A DNA stretch of 48,743 nt from a virus (Duplodnaviria; Caudoviricetes): positions 1 to 48,743 of the IMG/VR virus record IMGVR_UViG_3300049187_000106; one strand, given 5' to 3'. The stretch's first letter is position 1, and every line of letters starts with the position of its first letter. The position numbers and the translations under genes are program-made. The notes beneath the pieces were generated by a model, which had not been told where the DNA came from, did no database searches, and saw only the letters and a list, made by a program, of their open reading frames with translations. Positions 36,074 to 46,079 of this stretch are shown here, piece by piece.

Positions 36074-37251
36074 TAATCGAATGTCACAGAATTAAAATGA
36101 GGGATATCACCATTCATAAAAGTGATTGTACTCACTGCCACGTTATCAATTTTCAATGTTACAGAGGTAAAGACAGCGCCTGGATTGGCTGTCAATATCA
36201 TGGCGATTAATTTATTGGTATCAAGAATATCATTCTTGTCACTCAATATATCAGCACCAGGAACAAACGGACGAATAAGCTTTACCTTCGATTCCATTTC
36301 TGTTTCAATAGAATCCTCTATTGAGCTTGTCAATCCATCGAATCCGGTAATTACAACATCTACCTCACGTGGAGTAATAGGAAGAAAATTAATATCAAAT
36401 ACTCCGAGCGGACGACGGCCACGTTCGTTTAGTTCCAGGGTATCGTCTGGATTAAATTCGATAACCTCCTCCACATCTTCCAAAAGCGAAGCGGATGGTG
36501 TTCCTTTCCCGTCAGTACTATCGGCTTCTGTTGCTTCTACATATAGATTTATTACAGCGCTTTCTCCGGAAGCAGCGTATGGATATACTTTTTCTACCCC
36601 CTGCGCATCGGCCGCCCACAACCTATAATCAGTAGGGGCTCCCCCTTGTGCTTCCAGACGATAAGAATCAATTGTTTTCTGACGGTAATCTTCGAGATCT
36701 TCTGCAGCAGCTGGCTCTTCAATAACACTATTAACGATTGCCTCCTGATTGACTCCGGGCAAAGGTGCTGTAGCCGTTAATTTTTCACCTGCTGTCAACT
36801 GGCTATCGGTCCCGGCTTCCAGAGCACGAACGGTTATATAATCAGTTTCAGTTTCAAGTTCAAACTCTTCGTCCAGGATAAAGAGTTTCCCTGGGTTCTG
36901 CGTATCGTCATTACTTTTAAATGTCGTAGATGCTTTTATAATAGATCCAACCGTTCCAATAACTTCTAATTCATACTCACCCGCGCGGGCAGGAAAAGGA
37001 GCCCGACCTAACTTAACCCTTCCAAATCTTTCGAGTGTTCCTCCGATCGCTTCCGGATCTGCGGTGTCGACGAAAATATTCTTCTGAAGGTCCGCAGCAA
37101 GGATATAATATAGCTTTAGCTTGGCCGCCTGAACGGCTGCCAGCGCACGAAGGAAATTCTTTGTGATGAGTGGAATATTAATACCATATTCCGCTTCCAT
37201 AGAAGAAAGAATTCCTGTATACAGCTGCTGTAATGTTGGTATGGTTATCAT
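36073..37251 (-). CDS. Baseplate J-like protein (Mu gp47-like)
   Basis: FVDTAD, LERFG, E..EDYR, QGGA.TDY..WA. Confidence 0.9.
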   Translation of the reverse strand: MITIPTLQQLYTGILSSMEAEYGINIPLITKNFLRALAAVQAAKLKLYYILAADLQKNIFVDTADPEAIGGTLERFGRVKLGRAPFPARAGEYELEVIGTVGSIIKASTTFKSNDDTQNPGKLFILDEEFELETETDYITVRALEAGTDSQLTAGEKLTATAPLPGVNQEAIVNSVIEEPAAAEDLEDYRQKTIDSYRLEAQGGAPTDYRLWAADAQGVEKVYPYAASGESAVINLYVEATEADSTDGKGTPSASLLEDVEEVIEFNPDDTLELNERGRRPLGVFDINFLPITPREVDVVITGFDGLTSSIEDSIETEMESKVKLIRPFVPGADILSDKNDILDTNKLIAMILTANPGAVFTSVTLKIDNVAVSTITFMNGDIPHFNSVTFD

Positions 37252-37734
37252 CTATAAGAAGAAATCATCGTTAAAATCAAAGAAATAGAAGTCACCATCC
37301 GACCGTTTTTTGAAGTTCACGACCTTTGTTTTGGTTGACTCATTCACTGGTGTTACATTTATCTCGATCACAAGCCTGTCATCACTTACCAGGTAAACCG
37401 ATACCTCCACTTTCGCGAAAGGCTTCATGTATTCCAGATCTTTTTTAACAGCATTTTCAATGGAAGCACGACCAGAACTATTGAGTGCTACCGTTTGCGC
37501 TATATGCTCGGTGAATGAATTAAACTGTTGGCTGGTATTCCCGTTCATCAAAAGAGAATTTCCCCACCAGTCATAGTTTTCACTTTGCACCTGTTGCTGT
37601 TGCGTTGGGAATCCCGGATTACCTCCAAACATTCCCAGATATGGCATATTTTCCACACCAAACACCAGCGCCAGATCGTTGTTCACGAGCTGGATATCAC
37701 CACCATCCAATGTTTCTGTTAATGCTAAGTCCAT
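37252..37734 (-). CDS. Baseplate protein (Mu gp46-like)
   Basis: GGD....NDL, FGGN, WWGN, DL.YM. Confidence 0.75.
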   Translation of the reverse strand: MDLALTETLDGGDIQLVNNDLALVFGVENMPYLGMFGGNPGFPTQQQQVQSENYDWWGNSLLMNGNTSQQFNSFTEHIAQTVALNSSGRASIENAVKKDLEYMKPFAKVEVSVYLVSDDRLVIEINVTPVNESTKTKVVNFKKRSDGDFYFFDFNDDFFL

Positions 37735-39647
37735 TACCCTACTGTTGATGTTAATTTTACCGGAGTGATATTGTTATTACTCTTTACATCAATATCATTT
37801 CCTGATTTATTTTTAATAAGCAATTCGGTCTGCTGACGTTGTACTGTTTCGGAGAACATTTTTTGCATATTCGCTTCTTTCTCCGCTTGTGTATTCAGAA
37901 GAGGAGCGTTCTTTCGTTGTTCTCCTGATTCGTCGGTGGTTGTATTGACGCCCATTCCCTGACGGAATCGTCCGAGATCTTTTTCTAAATTCACAGCCCA
38001 CTCAAACCCCGTAGTTTTTGCAATCAATGACACAACTTGTTCGAGAGGCATAAGAAGAGAGTCCAGAATTACCTTCCCAATCGCTTTCAATCCGGCCAAT
38101 ATTCCGCCGTCTTTAAATGCACCAACAACCATATCCCAATTCCTTCGGAATGCCTGGATAAGATTGATCAGCATTCCCATAGGACCGAGTAAAAACGTTA
38201 ATGCTGCTCCCCATTCGTTGTACTTAGTGACAACCAACGCGATCACTCCGATCGCAATCATGATCCATCCAACCGGATTGGATGCATTGAACAACCAGTT
38301 AACCGCAGTAGCCGCAGCTGTAGCCACTCGATAAGCACCCAACGCTATATTATTAGAAACAATAGACTTAGTAAGGGATCCATTTAATGCAGCAGAAACT
38401 CCGACCACCACATTGTAGGCAAACAGAACGCCTTGCGTAGCAAGTGTTATCGCTTTCCATGCGATCATAAAAGCAATGACCGAAGCGCCTACAGTGACTA
38501 CTGTTTCAAGATTATCCGTAAGGAATTGAACCGTACTTTTTATTTTTTCAAGACCTACCCCTACTTTATCGTTAGTGGTTATCATTGTTACCCACTTATT
38601 TTTTAATTGTGTGACAGCAACAGTAAGAGTATCGTTCTTTTTTGCGGCCTGAATAGCGGCTTCGCTGGTGCCGGTTACTTCTGTAGTCCACTTTTTAAAT
38701 AGCTCTACATTTGATAATAGTATCTTGCCGGTGGAAACGTTTTCTGCACCGAACATTTTTGTAATTGCTGCATCCTTTTCCTTAGCAGTGCGGAGTTTAT
38801 TTATTTTTGCATTCGCTTCTGTTAAAGCTTCGTTAATATTAAACTGGCCTGAAGCGTAACCAACACCAGCAGCCTGTAGTTTTAATAATGATCCCCGTAA
38901 TTTGGTACCAGCCTCCGCACCGAATACTGATTTGGTACCTAATACTTCGACCAGTGCAACCGATTGTTCAATTGACACATTAGCAGAAGCCGCCACAGAA
39001 CCGAAGTTCTTCATTGACTCGGCTACCTGTGGAATGGTAGCTGCTCCGACCTTGGTACCAGCGGCTAATACGTTAGAAGCCCTGGCCGCATGTTCTGCGC
39101 CGAGACTAAATTGATTCATTACTCCGACCAGGTTAGAAGCCGTTACTCCGAGGTCATCTCCGGATGCCTGGCTTAACAGGATAGCGGATTTAGTTACCTG
39201 TCCCATCGCTGTCGAACTCTTTAATAGATCAGAGTTAGCGGATCCAATAACTTCAAAAGCTTCTGCCACAGAAATAGAACTCTCCTTTGTTGCTAATGCG
39301 ACAGAAGTAATTTCTTGTTTGAATGGAGCAAACTCTTTTTTAGATAAACCAGTAACCGCCATCAGCGAAGCCGTGGCAGATTCATATTCTTTGATGGCAT
39401 GGGTTGAAAAGGCGATCCCTCCTATGATCGCCGCCGATATTGCTGCAGCACTGGCAAAAGAAAATAACTGCTTAGTCGTTTCAGAAAAAGAAGGCAATAA
39501 TTTATTGAACGCACGATTAGAACGGTCTACTAAAGACTGTGTTTTAGCCGCCCAACGTTCTGTAGCAGCAATCATGTTTCTTACTACCGGTACATATTTA
39601 TCGATAGCAGTAAAAACAGTAGGTACAGTAAGCGCTCTCTGACTCAT
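37734..39647 (-). CDS. Tape measure protein (TP901-like core)
   Basis: Ala-rich helical protein; G.EAGT.LR; NP.G.I; follows the tail chaperones. Confidence 0.92.
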   Translation of the reverse strand: MSQRALTVPTVFTAIDKYVPVVRNMIAATERWAAKTQSLVDRSNRAFNKLLPSFSETTKQLFSFASAAAISAAIIGGIAFSTHAIKEYESATASLMAVTGLSKKEFAPFKQEITSVALATKESSISVAEAFEVIGSANSDLLKSSTAMGQVTKSAILLSQASGDDLGVTASNLVGVMNQFSLGAEHAARASNVLAAGTKVGAATIPQVAESMKNFGSVAASANVSIEQSVALVEVLGTKSVFGAEAGTKLRGSLLKLQAAGVGYASGQFNINEALTEANAKINKLRTAKEKDAAITKMFGAENVSTGKILLSNVELFKKWTTEVTGTSEAAIQAAKKNDTLTVAVTQLKNKWVTMITTNDKVGVGLEKIKSTVQFLTDNLETVVTVGASVIAFMIAWKAITLATQGVLFAYNVVVGVSAALNGSLTKSIVSNNIALGAYRVATAAATAVNWLFNASNPVGWIMIAIGVIALVVTKYNEWGAALTFLLGPMGMLINLIQAFRRNWDMVVGAFKDGGILAGLKAIGKVILDSLLMPLEQVVSLIAKTTGFEWAVNLEKDLGRFRQGMGVNTTTDESGEQRKNAPLLNTQAEKEANMQKMFSETVQRQQTELLIKNKSGNDIDVKSNNNITPVKLTSTVG

Positions 39648-39821
39648 TTTTTTATTTTCAGTTCTTCAATAGATGCTTTCACATCTTTGTACCAGTATTC
39701 GAGACCTTCAATATCCAAGTCATCAAAATAAAGGCCGCCGATTATATGCGGCGGCCAATGATGTTCTCGTACAACTGATTTTATCCAGTTGTTTAAGGTC
39801 TCGTCGTCTACGTAAAAAAAA
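39644..39821 (-). CDS. Tail assembly chaperone -1 frameshift extension (gpGT/E+E' type)
   Basis: Slippery GTTTTTTTTAC (T8, 39814-39821); the -1 frame reads YVDDETLNNWIKSVVREHHWPP...KIKK and its stop overlaps the TMP start. Confidence 0.85.
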
Positions 39822-40212
39822 CTACGATCTCCCTGGCTACCTTTTTATCAACATCCACAAGATGATGAAGGAGGCCTTTATTTGAACTGGTCAGAGCTGC
39901 GATGTAAGCAACGAGTCTCTCATCAGCATCACGAGGATCTACATTTTTTAGATATGGGCGAAGCATAAGATCGTTCAATCTTGTAGCGTATTTCAATTCT
40001 GTAATACCAGAACTTTCTCCAATGGGGAACAATAGCTTTTGTGTTAATTCAAATGTATCCGGATTAATTGTAAGGGATCCATAACGAACAGCATCGACTA
40101 TAATGGTGATGCTTTCTTTTTCCTTTTCTCTTTGCGAAGGAAAAATTTTCTTAGCGTCCAGCCAGGCATTCACCTCCTCTGTCGCTTTTTCAATTGATAC
40201 TACTTCTTTCAT
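39808..40212 (-). CDS. Tail assembly chaperone (likely start 40212)
   Basis: Between tube and TMP; ends VVFFT at the slippery site. Confidence 0.82.
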   Translation of the reverse strand: MKEVVSIEKATEEVNAWLDAKKIFPSQREKEKESITIIVDAVRYGSLTINPDTFELTQKLLFPIGESSGITELKYATRLNDLMLRPYLKNVDPRDADERLVAYIAALTSSNKGLLHHLVDVDKKVAREIVVFFT

Positions 40213-40213
40213 G

Positions 40214-40624
40214 TTATCCAACGATTTTTTTAAGTTCACCGTCGCCGGCTAATTTTATTGACATGGTGGCAGTGTTTCCGTTTGGCTTTATATCACCAAC
40301 TGGTTTACCTTTACCTCCCCATACGGTACCATTTACGTGACTGATTGTCCAGTCTGCTTTCACAGGGCTGGCCGCGAGTTGCTTTAATATTTTAGCTTCG
40401 TCTCTCACGTTGCCGTCCCAGGCAATAGTACCTTCGAACGACCAGCGGATCATATTCATTTGATCGATCATCTCACCACTACCGGTGACCATATTATCGT
40501 CATCAACTGAACGTAATCCACCATTATCAAACGTAGAGTCCTCGTTTGATTTCGGATATAAAGAACCAACTCCTAACGTAGGATGGTTGTATGTAATTTC
40601 TCGGATATCACCACCAATTGCCAT
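40214..40624 (-). CDS. Tail tube protein
   Basis: 136 aa directly after the sheath; NGTVWGGKG.PVGD. Confidence 0.8.
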   Translation of the reverse strand: MAIGGDIREITYNHPTLGVGSLYPKSNEDSTFDNGGLRSVDDDNMVTGSGEMIDQMNMIRWSFEGTIAWDGNVRDEAKILKQLAASPVKADWTISHVNGTVWGGKGKPVGDIKPNGNTATMSIKLAGDGELKKIVG

Positions 40625-40636
40625 GGTCTATTTTTT

Positions 40637-42151
40637 TTAAACGGTTCCAAAATTAAATCCTGCAGTTGCGGTAGTAGAAAGAATTCTACCGAACCCGCTT
40701 CTCTTATATGAGAATTCTGTTTCCAATCTGTCCGGGTTACTGGTTCCTACATTCACCTGGATTGAATCCTGCATGAATGAAGCTTGTACAACCAATGCAC
40801 GTTTCGCAAGCGATTCGGCATAAGCGGAAAGAATCTGTTTCCATTGTTTAGGTTTGATCACCTTCGAAGCGGTCACAATATCATTGTCGTCAGCAATAGC
40901 ATGACCGACAACGTTGTCCTGCTCTAACAGGTAGTAACCGAAGCGGACATTAAAGTCTATCATCAGGTTTCTACAGTATCTGAACTGTGGAGGAATTTCA
41001 CCTTCAGGGTGATAAGAAGTAACAAAGTCTTCTACTACATACCGCTTGTTATTTAGGCTCACGGTAGAGCATCCTTTTTTAACAATTCTATCACGCTCGT
41101 TATACTCTGCCATCAATCCAATTGATTCTGGCGTAGGCATATCAGGATAAGATCTGTTAGCGACATCAAGGTGTGGAGTGTCTTGTGCCTGGCGTCCAAA
41201 CAATACAGCCATATTTGCTGCAGCTTCCATAGGAAGTCCGTCTGAAAGTGGCGCCGGACAAATGGCGATCGTTACATCATCCGCTCTGCTATCAGTGATA
41301 GAAGAAGGATCTTCTGCTACCGATCCGGTGAGTGCGATAAATGGCTTCATGATAATTCCGGTATAGCGTCCTGTCGGAGTATTCGGATCAGGGATACCGT
41401 TGAATTGCTCAAGTGCCAGAAGAATATTAGTAACAGTTCCGTAGCTATTGATCACGATAGTATTCCATTCACTACCAAATGCAGCGAGTGCAGTTGCTAT
41501 TGATGGAGTACCTGCGCCATCCTGGGCGGATTCAATTACATAACTAATACCAAGGTCTTCACCTCCGGTATCAATTGATAATTTTAAATCATCCGCTGTC
41601 TTACCTTTCCATTTACTTTCGGCAGTGGCCTCGTAATCATTTTCGGTAACCACAAAAGGACAACCAAGATTATTATTCATGGAATCCGATATCTTCGCTG
41701 TCAAGTCAGAAGTAGTATCCCCCTCCTCAACATTGATATCATAGAATGTTCCATCAAGTCCGGTACGTCCAGCAACTTTGATGGTATGTGTTCCGTTTTT
41801 TGTGGCGGTACCAGTTGGTGTGATTGTGAAAATTTTTGAAGATGCCCCAACAGCTTCTTCCTGTGGGTAGGCGATTACCGGGATACCACCAATACCACCA
41901 CCACTGATAGGAAATAGAATCCTACAGATAGCGTAGAATGGTGAACCATATCCAAATAACTGTCCGGCTTGTTGTGCTGAGGTGATCTGAACAGGATCAG
42001 TACTTAAATCTTCCTGGTTGTCACTATTGGCTTCTGCCAAAATAGCAATGCGCTGAGGTAGATTCGGACTGAGTGTCGAAAAATTTCCTTTTGCAATTTT
42101 GTAACCTACGACCTGTGAAACCCTTTCGGTTCCTACTGCATCTGATCCCAT
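40637..42151 (-). CDS. Contractile tail sheath protein (likely start 42151)
   Basis: 504 aa; LPQRIA, A...FG.GSP, R......G.ST, VT.YH, NP.RL. Confidence 0.9.
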   Translation of the reverse strand: MGSDAVGTERVSQVVGYKIAKGNFSTLSPNLPQRIAILAEANSDNQEDLSTDPVQITSAQQAGQLFGYGSPFYAICRILFPISGGGIGGIPVIAYPQEEAVGASSKIFTITPTGTATKNGTHTIKVAGRTGLDGTFYDINVEEGDTTSDLTAKISDSMNNNLGCPFVVTENDYEATAESKWKGKTADDLKLSIDTGGEDLGISYVIESAQDGAGTPSIATALAAFGSEWNTIVINSYGTVTNILLALEQFNGIPDPNTPTGRYTGIIMKPFIALTGSVAEDPSSITDSRADDVTIAICPAPLSDGLPMEAAANMAVLFGRQAQDTPHLDVANRSYPDMPTPESIGLMAEYNERDRIVKKGCSTVSLNNKRYVVEDFVTSYHPEGEIPPQFRYCRNLMIDFNVRFGYYLLEQDNVVGHAIADDNDIVTASKVIKPKQWKQILSAYAESLAKRALVVQASFMQDSIQVNVGTSNPDRLETEFSYKRSGFGRILSTTATAGFNFGTV

Positions 42152-42199
42152 AGTAGAAATGTTTTTAGATGTGTAAAAGTCAAAAGGTTGAGGGTTAGT

Positions 42200-42233
42200 A
42201 AAAAAAAGAGTCCCAAACTTTGGGACTATAATC
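42200..42233. promoter_or_regulatory. Second copy of the 19-bp palindromic operator (42209-42227)
   Basis: AAAAAAAGAGTCCCAAACTTTGGGACTATAATC, identical to 28108-28140. Confidence 0.85.
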
Positions 42234-42281
42234 CTTATTCTCTGCGATCGCTTATAGCTTGGAGGTTTAAGCTGATAACAC

Positions 42282-42962
42282 ATGATTAATATCTACCAGA
42301 TCTATTTTAAAGAGGATCAAGTACCAAGGCTTGACTATACCCCATTTTATAATTCCGACTGTACTGTATTTTTTGAGAACTCTGTGATCAAACAATTGAT
42401 CCAGGAAAAAAAACACCATGATTCAGAATATTTTGGGGTTGTTAGTTATAAGCTTCGCGAAAAAATTGGAGAGACCTTAACTCATTGGAAGGGTAACAAA
42501 AACATAGCAAATACTTCACTGAATAAATTCACCCCCGAACAATTCGAACATGAATTACTAAAAGGAAAACCGGATGCTATGTCCTTTCAGAGACATCTTC
42601 CCCACGATAGTATTTCGTATGCCAATAAATTTCATCCGGGATTTTCTAAATATTTCGCAGAAATATTGAAGCGTGTCGGATATCACTGGTCTCCAATGCA
42701 TTTGAATAATGTATTCTATTGTAATTATTTCGTAGCAAAATCAACAATCTATGAGAAGTATATAAACGAAATGCTGACGCCGGCCATGGAAGTAATGGAG
42801 AGTATGCCGGAACTTATGAATAATAGTCACTACCCGCACAAACTTCCTAAACAACTTCAAGAAAAATTCGGAATAAGTCATTACCCTTTTCATCCTTTTC
42901 TCTGCGAAAGAATGTTTTCTTATTTCGCACATATTCACAATCTAAAATGTCTGCATTACTAA
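42282..42962 (+). CDS. Glycosyltransferase-associated protein (DUF4422-like)
   Basis: IYQIY, FFE, YFG..S.K, CNYFV, F..ER.FS. Confidence 0.65.
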   Translation: MINIYQIYFKEDQVPRLDYTPFYNSDCTVFFENSVIKQLIQEKKHHDSEYFGVVSYKLREKIGETLTHWKGNKNIANTSLNKFTPEQFEHELLKGKPDAMSFQRHLPHDSISYANKFHPGFSKYFAEILKRVGYHWSPMHLNNVFYCNYFVAKSTIYEKYINEMLTPAMEVMESMPELMNNSHYPHKLPKQLQEKFGISHYPFHPFLCERMFSYFAHIHNLKCLHY

Positions 42963-43522
42963 TGGAGGTACTAGTCACATCGTGTGGAAGGTTAGACCTG
43001 TTAACACAAACACTAAATAGTCTACAGAGTTGCGGGCATGAACTGTTTGTAACTATACATGAAGATAGCTTATCAAGAGTAGGTCAACATAAGTCCATTC
43101 AGATATTCCTAATGAAAGGAGTTACAAAGTATTATTTACACTTAGAAGACGATTGGGTTTTTGAAAACCATTACGACTGGATTTCAGAATCTATAAATAT
43201 TATGGATAATAATCCAAATATTATAAAAGTACTGGCCAGAAAAGATATGGTACACCCATGTGAATACAACATACAGGTGCCGGGGTCAGATAAAAAATAC
43301 GGAATTCTTGAGCCATGGAAAGATCACTGGGAGGGTTTTGTATGGCATGGGTTTGGATTTAATCCAGGCGTTACAAGATTGGATTTACTCAAAAGATTTA
43401 TTCCATTCCCTGAAAAAGAGCAACAACTTTCAGAAAAAATTTACCAGGCAGGTTACAAAACAGCTGCACTTGAAGAAGGTGTATATTATCATATTGGTGA
43501 AGGGAGGAGCACTCATAAATGA
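42947..43522 (+). CDS. GT-A fold glycosyltransferase (GT2-like)
   Basis: VTSCGR.DLL..TL.S, YLHLEDDW, FNPG, HIG..RS. Confidence 0.8.
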   Translation: MSALLMEVLVTSCGRLDLLTQTLNSLQSCGHELFVTIHEDSLSRVGQHKSIQIFLMKGVTKYYLHLEDDWVFENHYDWISESINIMDNNPNIIKVLARKDMVHPCEYNIQVPGSDKKYGILEPWKDHWEGFVWHGFGFNPGVTRLDLLKRFIPFPEKEQQLSEKIYQAGYKTAALEEGVYYHIGEGRSTHK

Positions 43523-44220
43523 GAATTGTTTTATATTTTATAAACTGGAATGATAGCTTTTATCTTCCTTTGATAAATGAGCATTACGGTAAATTCTGCG
43601 AAAGGATTGTTATGTTCGACAATTATTCAAGCGATGACTCTGTAATAAAGGCGAGGTCGCTAGGATTTGAAGTTCATTCATTTGGAATGAGAGGACAGTT
43701 GAACGACCAGCATTATCTGGATGTAAAAAATAAATGTTGGAAAGATTCCAGAGACAAAGGAATTGATTATGTAATTGTCTGTGATGCGGACGAATTCGTC
43801 GAACCGGACTTTAAATTTTTAATGACAGATTATCCATCAGCTCCTTCGGTTAAGGGGTTTAATATGATTTCGGATAACATTCCAAAGAACTCTTTTCGGG
43901 AAATAAATACTGGTGCTCCTTCGGTTGACTATTCTAAACAGGCCATTTTTTCTCCTGATAGAATCACAGAAATAAACTATGTGCACGGATGTCATCGTAA
44001 TAGCATTACTGGGAATGTTTCTAATGGTGGAAATACATCTCTGTACCACCTGAGAATGATCGGAGGAATTGAACGCATGATCATTAGACATTCAGAATAT
44101 AGAAAACGAATGTCAAAATTTAATAAGCAACATAAAATGGGATTTCACTATGAGCATTCTGACGATGCGAAGAGGGCTGAGTGGGATTATCTTAAATCAA
44201 AAGCTATTCAATTATGGTAA
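43519..44220 (+). CDS. GT-A fold glycosyltransferase (GT2-like)
   Basis: DNYSSDDS, IVCDADEF (DxD). Confidence 0.85.
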   Translation: MRIVLYFINWNDSFYLPLINEHYGKFCERIVMFDNYSSDDSVIKARSLGFEVHSFGMRGQLNDQHYLDVKNKCWKDSRDKGIDYVIVCDADEFVEPDFKFLMTDYPSAPSVKGFNMISDNIPKNSFREINTGAPSVDYSKQAIFSPDRITEINYVHGCHRNSITGNVSNGGNTSLYHLRMIGGIERMIIRHSEYRKRMSKFNKQHKMGFHYEHSDDAKRAEWDYLKSKAIQLW

Positions 44221-44705
44221 AAACGATTTATTATAAAGGCGAAACTTATCCAAAGTTTCAGGAAGAAGGGAACGCGGCACAGTTCGCAATACCATTTGCA
44301 AAGCATGTATGTAAAGGGCGTGGGTACGATATTGGTTGTAATAAACTTGATTGGTCGTTTCCGGGAAGTATGCCGATTGATCCGGCGCTGGATCCTAAAT
44401 ATCATGCGATGAATCTACCTTATGTTAATGTAGATTATATTTTTTCTTCTCATTGTTTAGAACATGTGGATAGATGGGTGGATGTATTAGATTACTGGTA
44501 TACCTGTTTGAAAAGTGGTGGCGTATTATTCTTATACCTACCAGATATGTCACAGGTTTACTGGCGCCCATGGCACAATAGAAAACATATTCATGTCTTT
44601 ACTCCGGAAATAATTTATAATTACCTATACGATAAAGGATATAAAAATATTTTTATATCCGGTCGGGATCTTAATAATTCATTCATGGTTTTTTGTGAAA
44701 AATAA
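44214..44705 (+). CDS. Class I SAM-dependent methyltransferase (sugar O-methyltransferase-like)
   Basis: YDIGC, DYIFSSHCLEH, LKSGGVLFLYLP. Confidence 0.88.
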   Translation: MVKTIYYKGETYPKFQEEGNAAQFAIPFAKHVCKGRGYDIGCNKLDWSFPGSMPIDPALDPKYHAMNLPYVNVDYIFSSHCLEHVDRWVDVLDYWYTCLKSGGVLFLYLPDMSQVYWRPWHNRKHIHVFTPEIIYNYLYDKGYKNIFISGRDLNNSFMVFCEK

Positions 44706-45426
44706 AAAAAGTATGGTCATAAATCAATTTCACTCGATCGGAGACATACTCTTTATTGAGCCTATCTGCCGACATATTTGGAAAACCACAGGACAAAAAC
44801 CTGTATTACCTGTCAGAGATCACCTGATGTATCTATCGGAATATATCGAGTCTGCTATTTTTGTCAGGCTTTCCGAATTTACATTTGATCAGGATTCAAT
44901 GTCAATGGAAAATCCGAACTATCTTCCTTTGCGGTTTGCAAACCAGGTGATCAGGAAACTTTCTCCACACGATCATAGTGATCTGGAAAATATGATGCTG
45001 GATAAATATACATTGGCGAAAATGGATCCTTCATTATGGATTGGAATTGATCTGAAGTTTAATAACGCCAGAGCATTGAAGCTAATGAAACTATTAGGCA
45101 TTACCCAATCCTCTAAATATATTCTGGTAAACAACTACAGCCAGGCTGGTAAAGTAAAAATTAAACCTTTCAATGCTCATAAATTTCAGGTGATCGAGAT
45201 GAAGGAGATACCAGGATTCTCAGTGATTGATTGGCACCTGGTTATTTTATACGCACAGGAAAACCATCATGTGAGTACAAGTACTTTTTATCTGATGCAG
45301 GCTATCAAAAATAAATTTAATTTTGATTCACGCGTGTTTCTCTATCCGAGGCCGAGCGAAGACGGACTGAGAGGTATTAGTAAACTTAACCCTACTTATA
45401 AATTTATAAAATGCGAGTTGGAATAA
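44695..45426 (+). CDS. Putative GT-B glycosyltransferase (GT9-like)
   Basis: N-terminal SIGDILF..P motif; start codon GTG. Confidence 0.55.
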   Translation: MKNKKSMVINQFHSIGDILFIEPICRHIWKTTGQKPVLPVRDHLMYLSEYIESAIFVRLSEFTFDQDSMSMENPNYLPLRFANQVIRKLSPHDHSDLENMMLDKYTLAKMDPSLWIGIDLKFNNARALKLMKLLGITQSSKYILVNNYSQAGKVKIKPFNAHKFQVIEMKEIPGFSVIDWHLVILYAQENHHVSTSTFYLMQAIKNKFNFDSRVFLYPRPSEDGLRGISKLNPTYKFIKCELE

Positions 45427-46079
45427 TTATTCCTGACCGTGGCGATCGGCCAGAGATGTTAAAGAATTGTCTTCGGATGATTAAACGACAGACGTTACAG
45501 CCTGAGATCATTGAGCTGGTGAACGATCCTCCGGAAAATCATCTATATGATATTACCAAAAGATATCGAATAGGTTACGATCGACTTCGGAATAAAGGAC
45601 TTGATGTCATCGCTTTTATGGAAAATGATGACTGGTATTCTCCGGACTACTTACAAACAATGGTGAACTATTGGGAAAAGAGCAACAAGCCGGACCTGTT
45701 AGGACTTGACCATACCATCTACTACCATATTCGTATTCGCGCGTACTTCACAATGGATCATGATAGCAGGTCCAGTGCTATGAACACTCTAATCAAACCT
45801 GACATGGATTTCCCATGGTGTGTAGATCACGAACCCTATACAGATTTATACTTATGGTTGAAATCAAAACTTAAAGGTGTAATCGTTACCCCAGAGAAGG
45901 AAATCTGTATGGGTATTAAGCATGGCGTAGGAATGACAGGAGGAAAAAGTCACAGGGATAGGTTACATCAATTTAAATTTAAAGACAAAGATCTCTCCTT
46001 CCTGCAGCGAATCACCGAATCAGATCCTGATGGATTTAATTTTTTATCGAGCTACTTTGAAAGAGAAGAGGTACGGTAA
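45411..46079 (+). CDS. GT-A fold glycosyltransferase (GT2-like)
   Basis: IIIP.R.R...L..CL....RQT.QP, IAFMENDDWY. Confidence 0.85.
   Translation: MRVGIIIPDRGDRPEMLKNCLRMIKRQTLQPEIIELVNDPPENHLYDITKRYRIGYDRLRNKGLDVIAFMENDDWYSPDYLQTMVNYWEKSNKPDLLGLDHTIYYHIRIRAYFTMDHDSRSSAMNTLIKPDMDFPWCVDHEPYTDLYLWLKSKLKGVIVTPEKEICMGIKHGVGMTGGKSHRDRLHQFKFKDKDLSFLQRITESDPDGFNFLSSYFEREEVR

Noticed and set aside
878-39885. Numerous short plus-strand ORFs antisense to long genes (e.g. 878-1063, 27078-27563, 36122-36628)
   Set aside because: They are shadow ORFs of well-supported minus-strand genes and have no recognisable motifs
42152-42283. 44-aa N-terminal extension of the sheath ORF
   Set aside because: It runs through the operator/promoter region; the ATG at 42151 is the more plausible start
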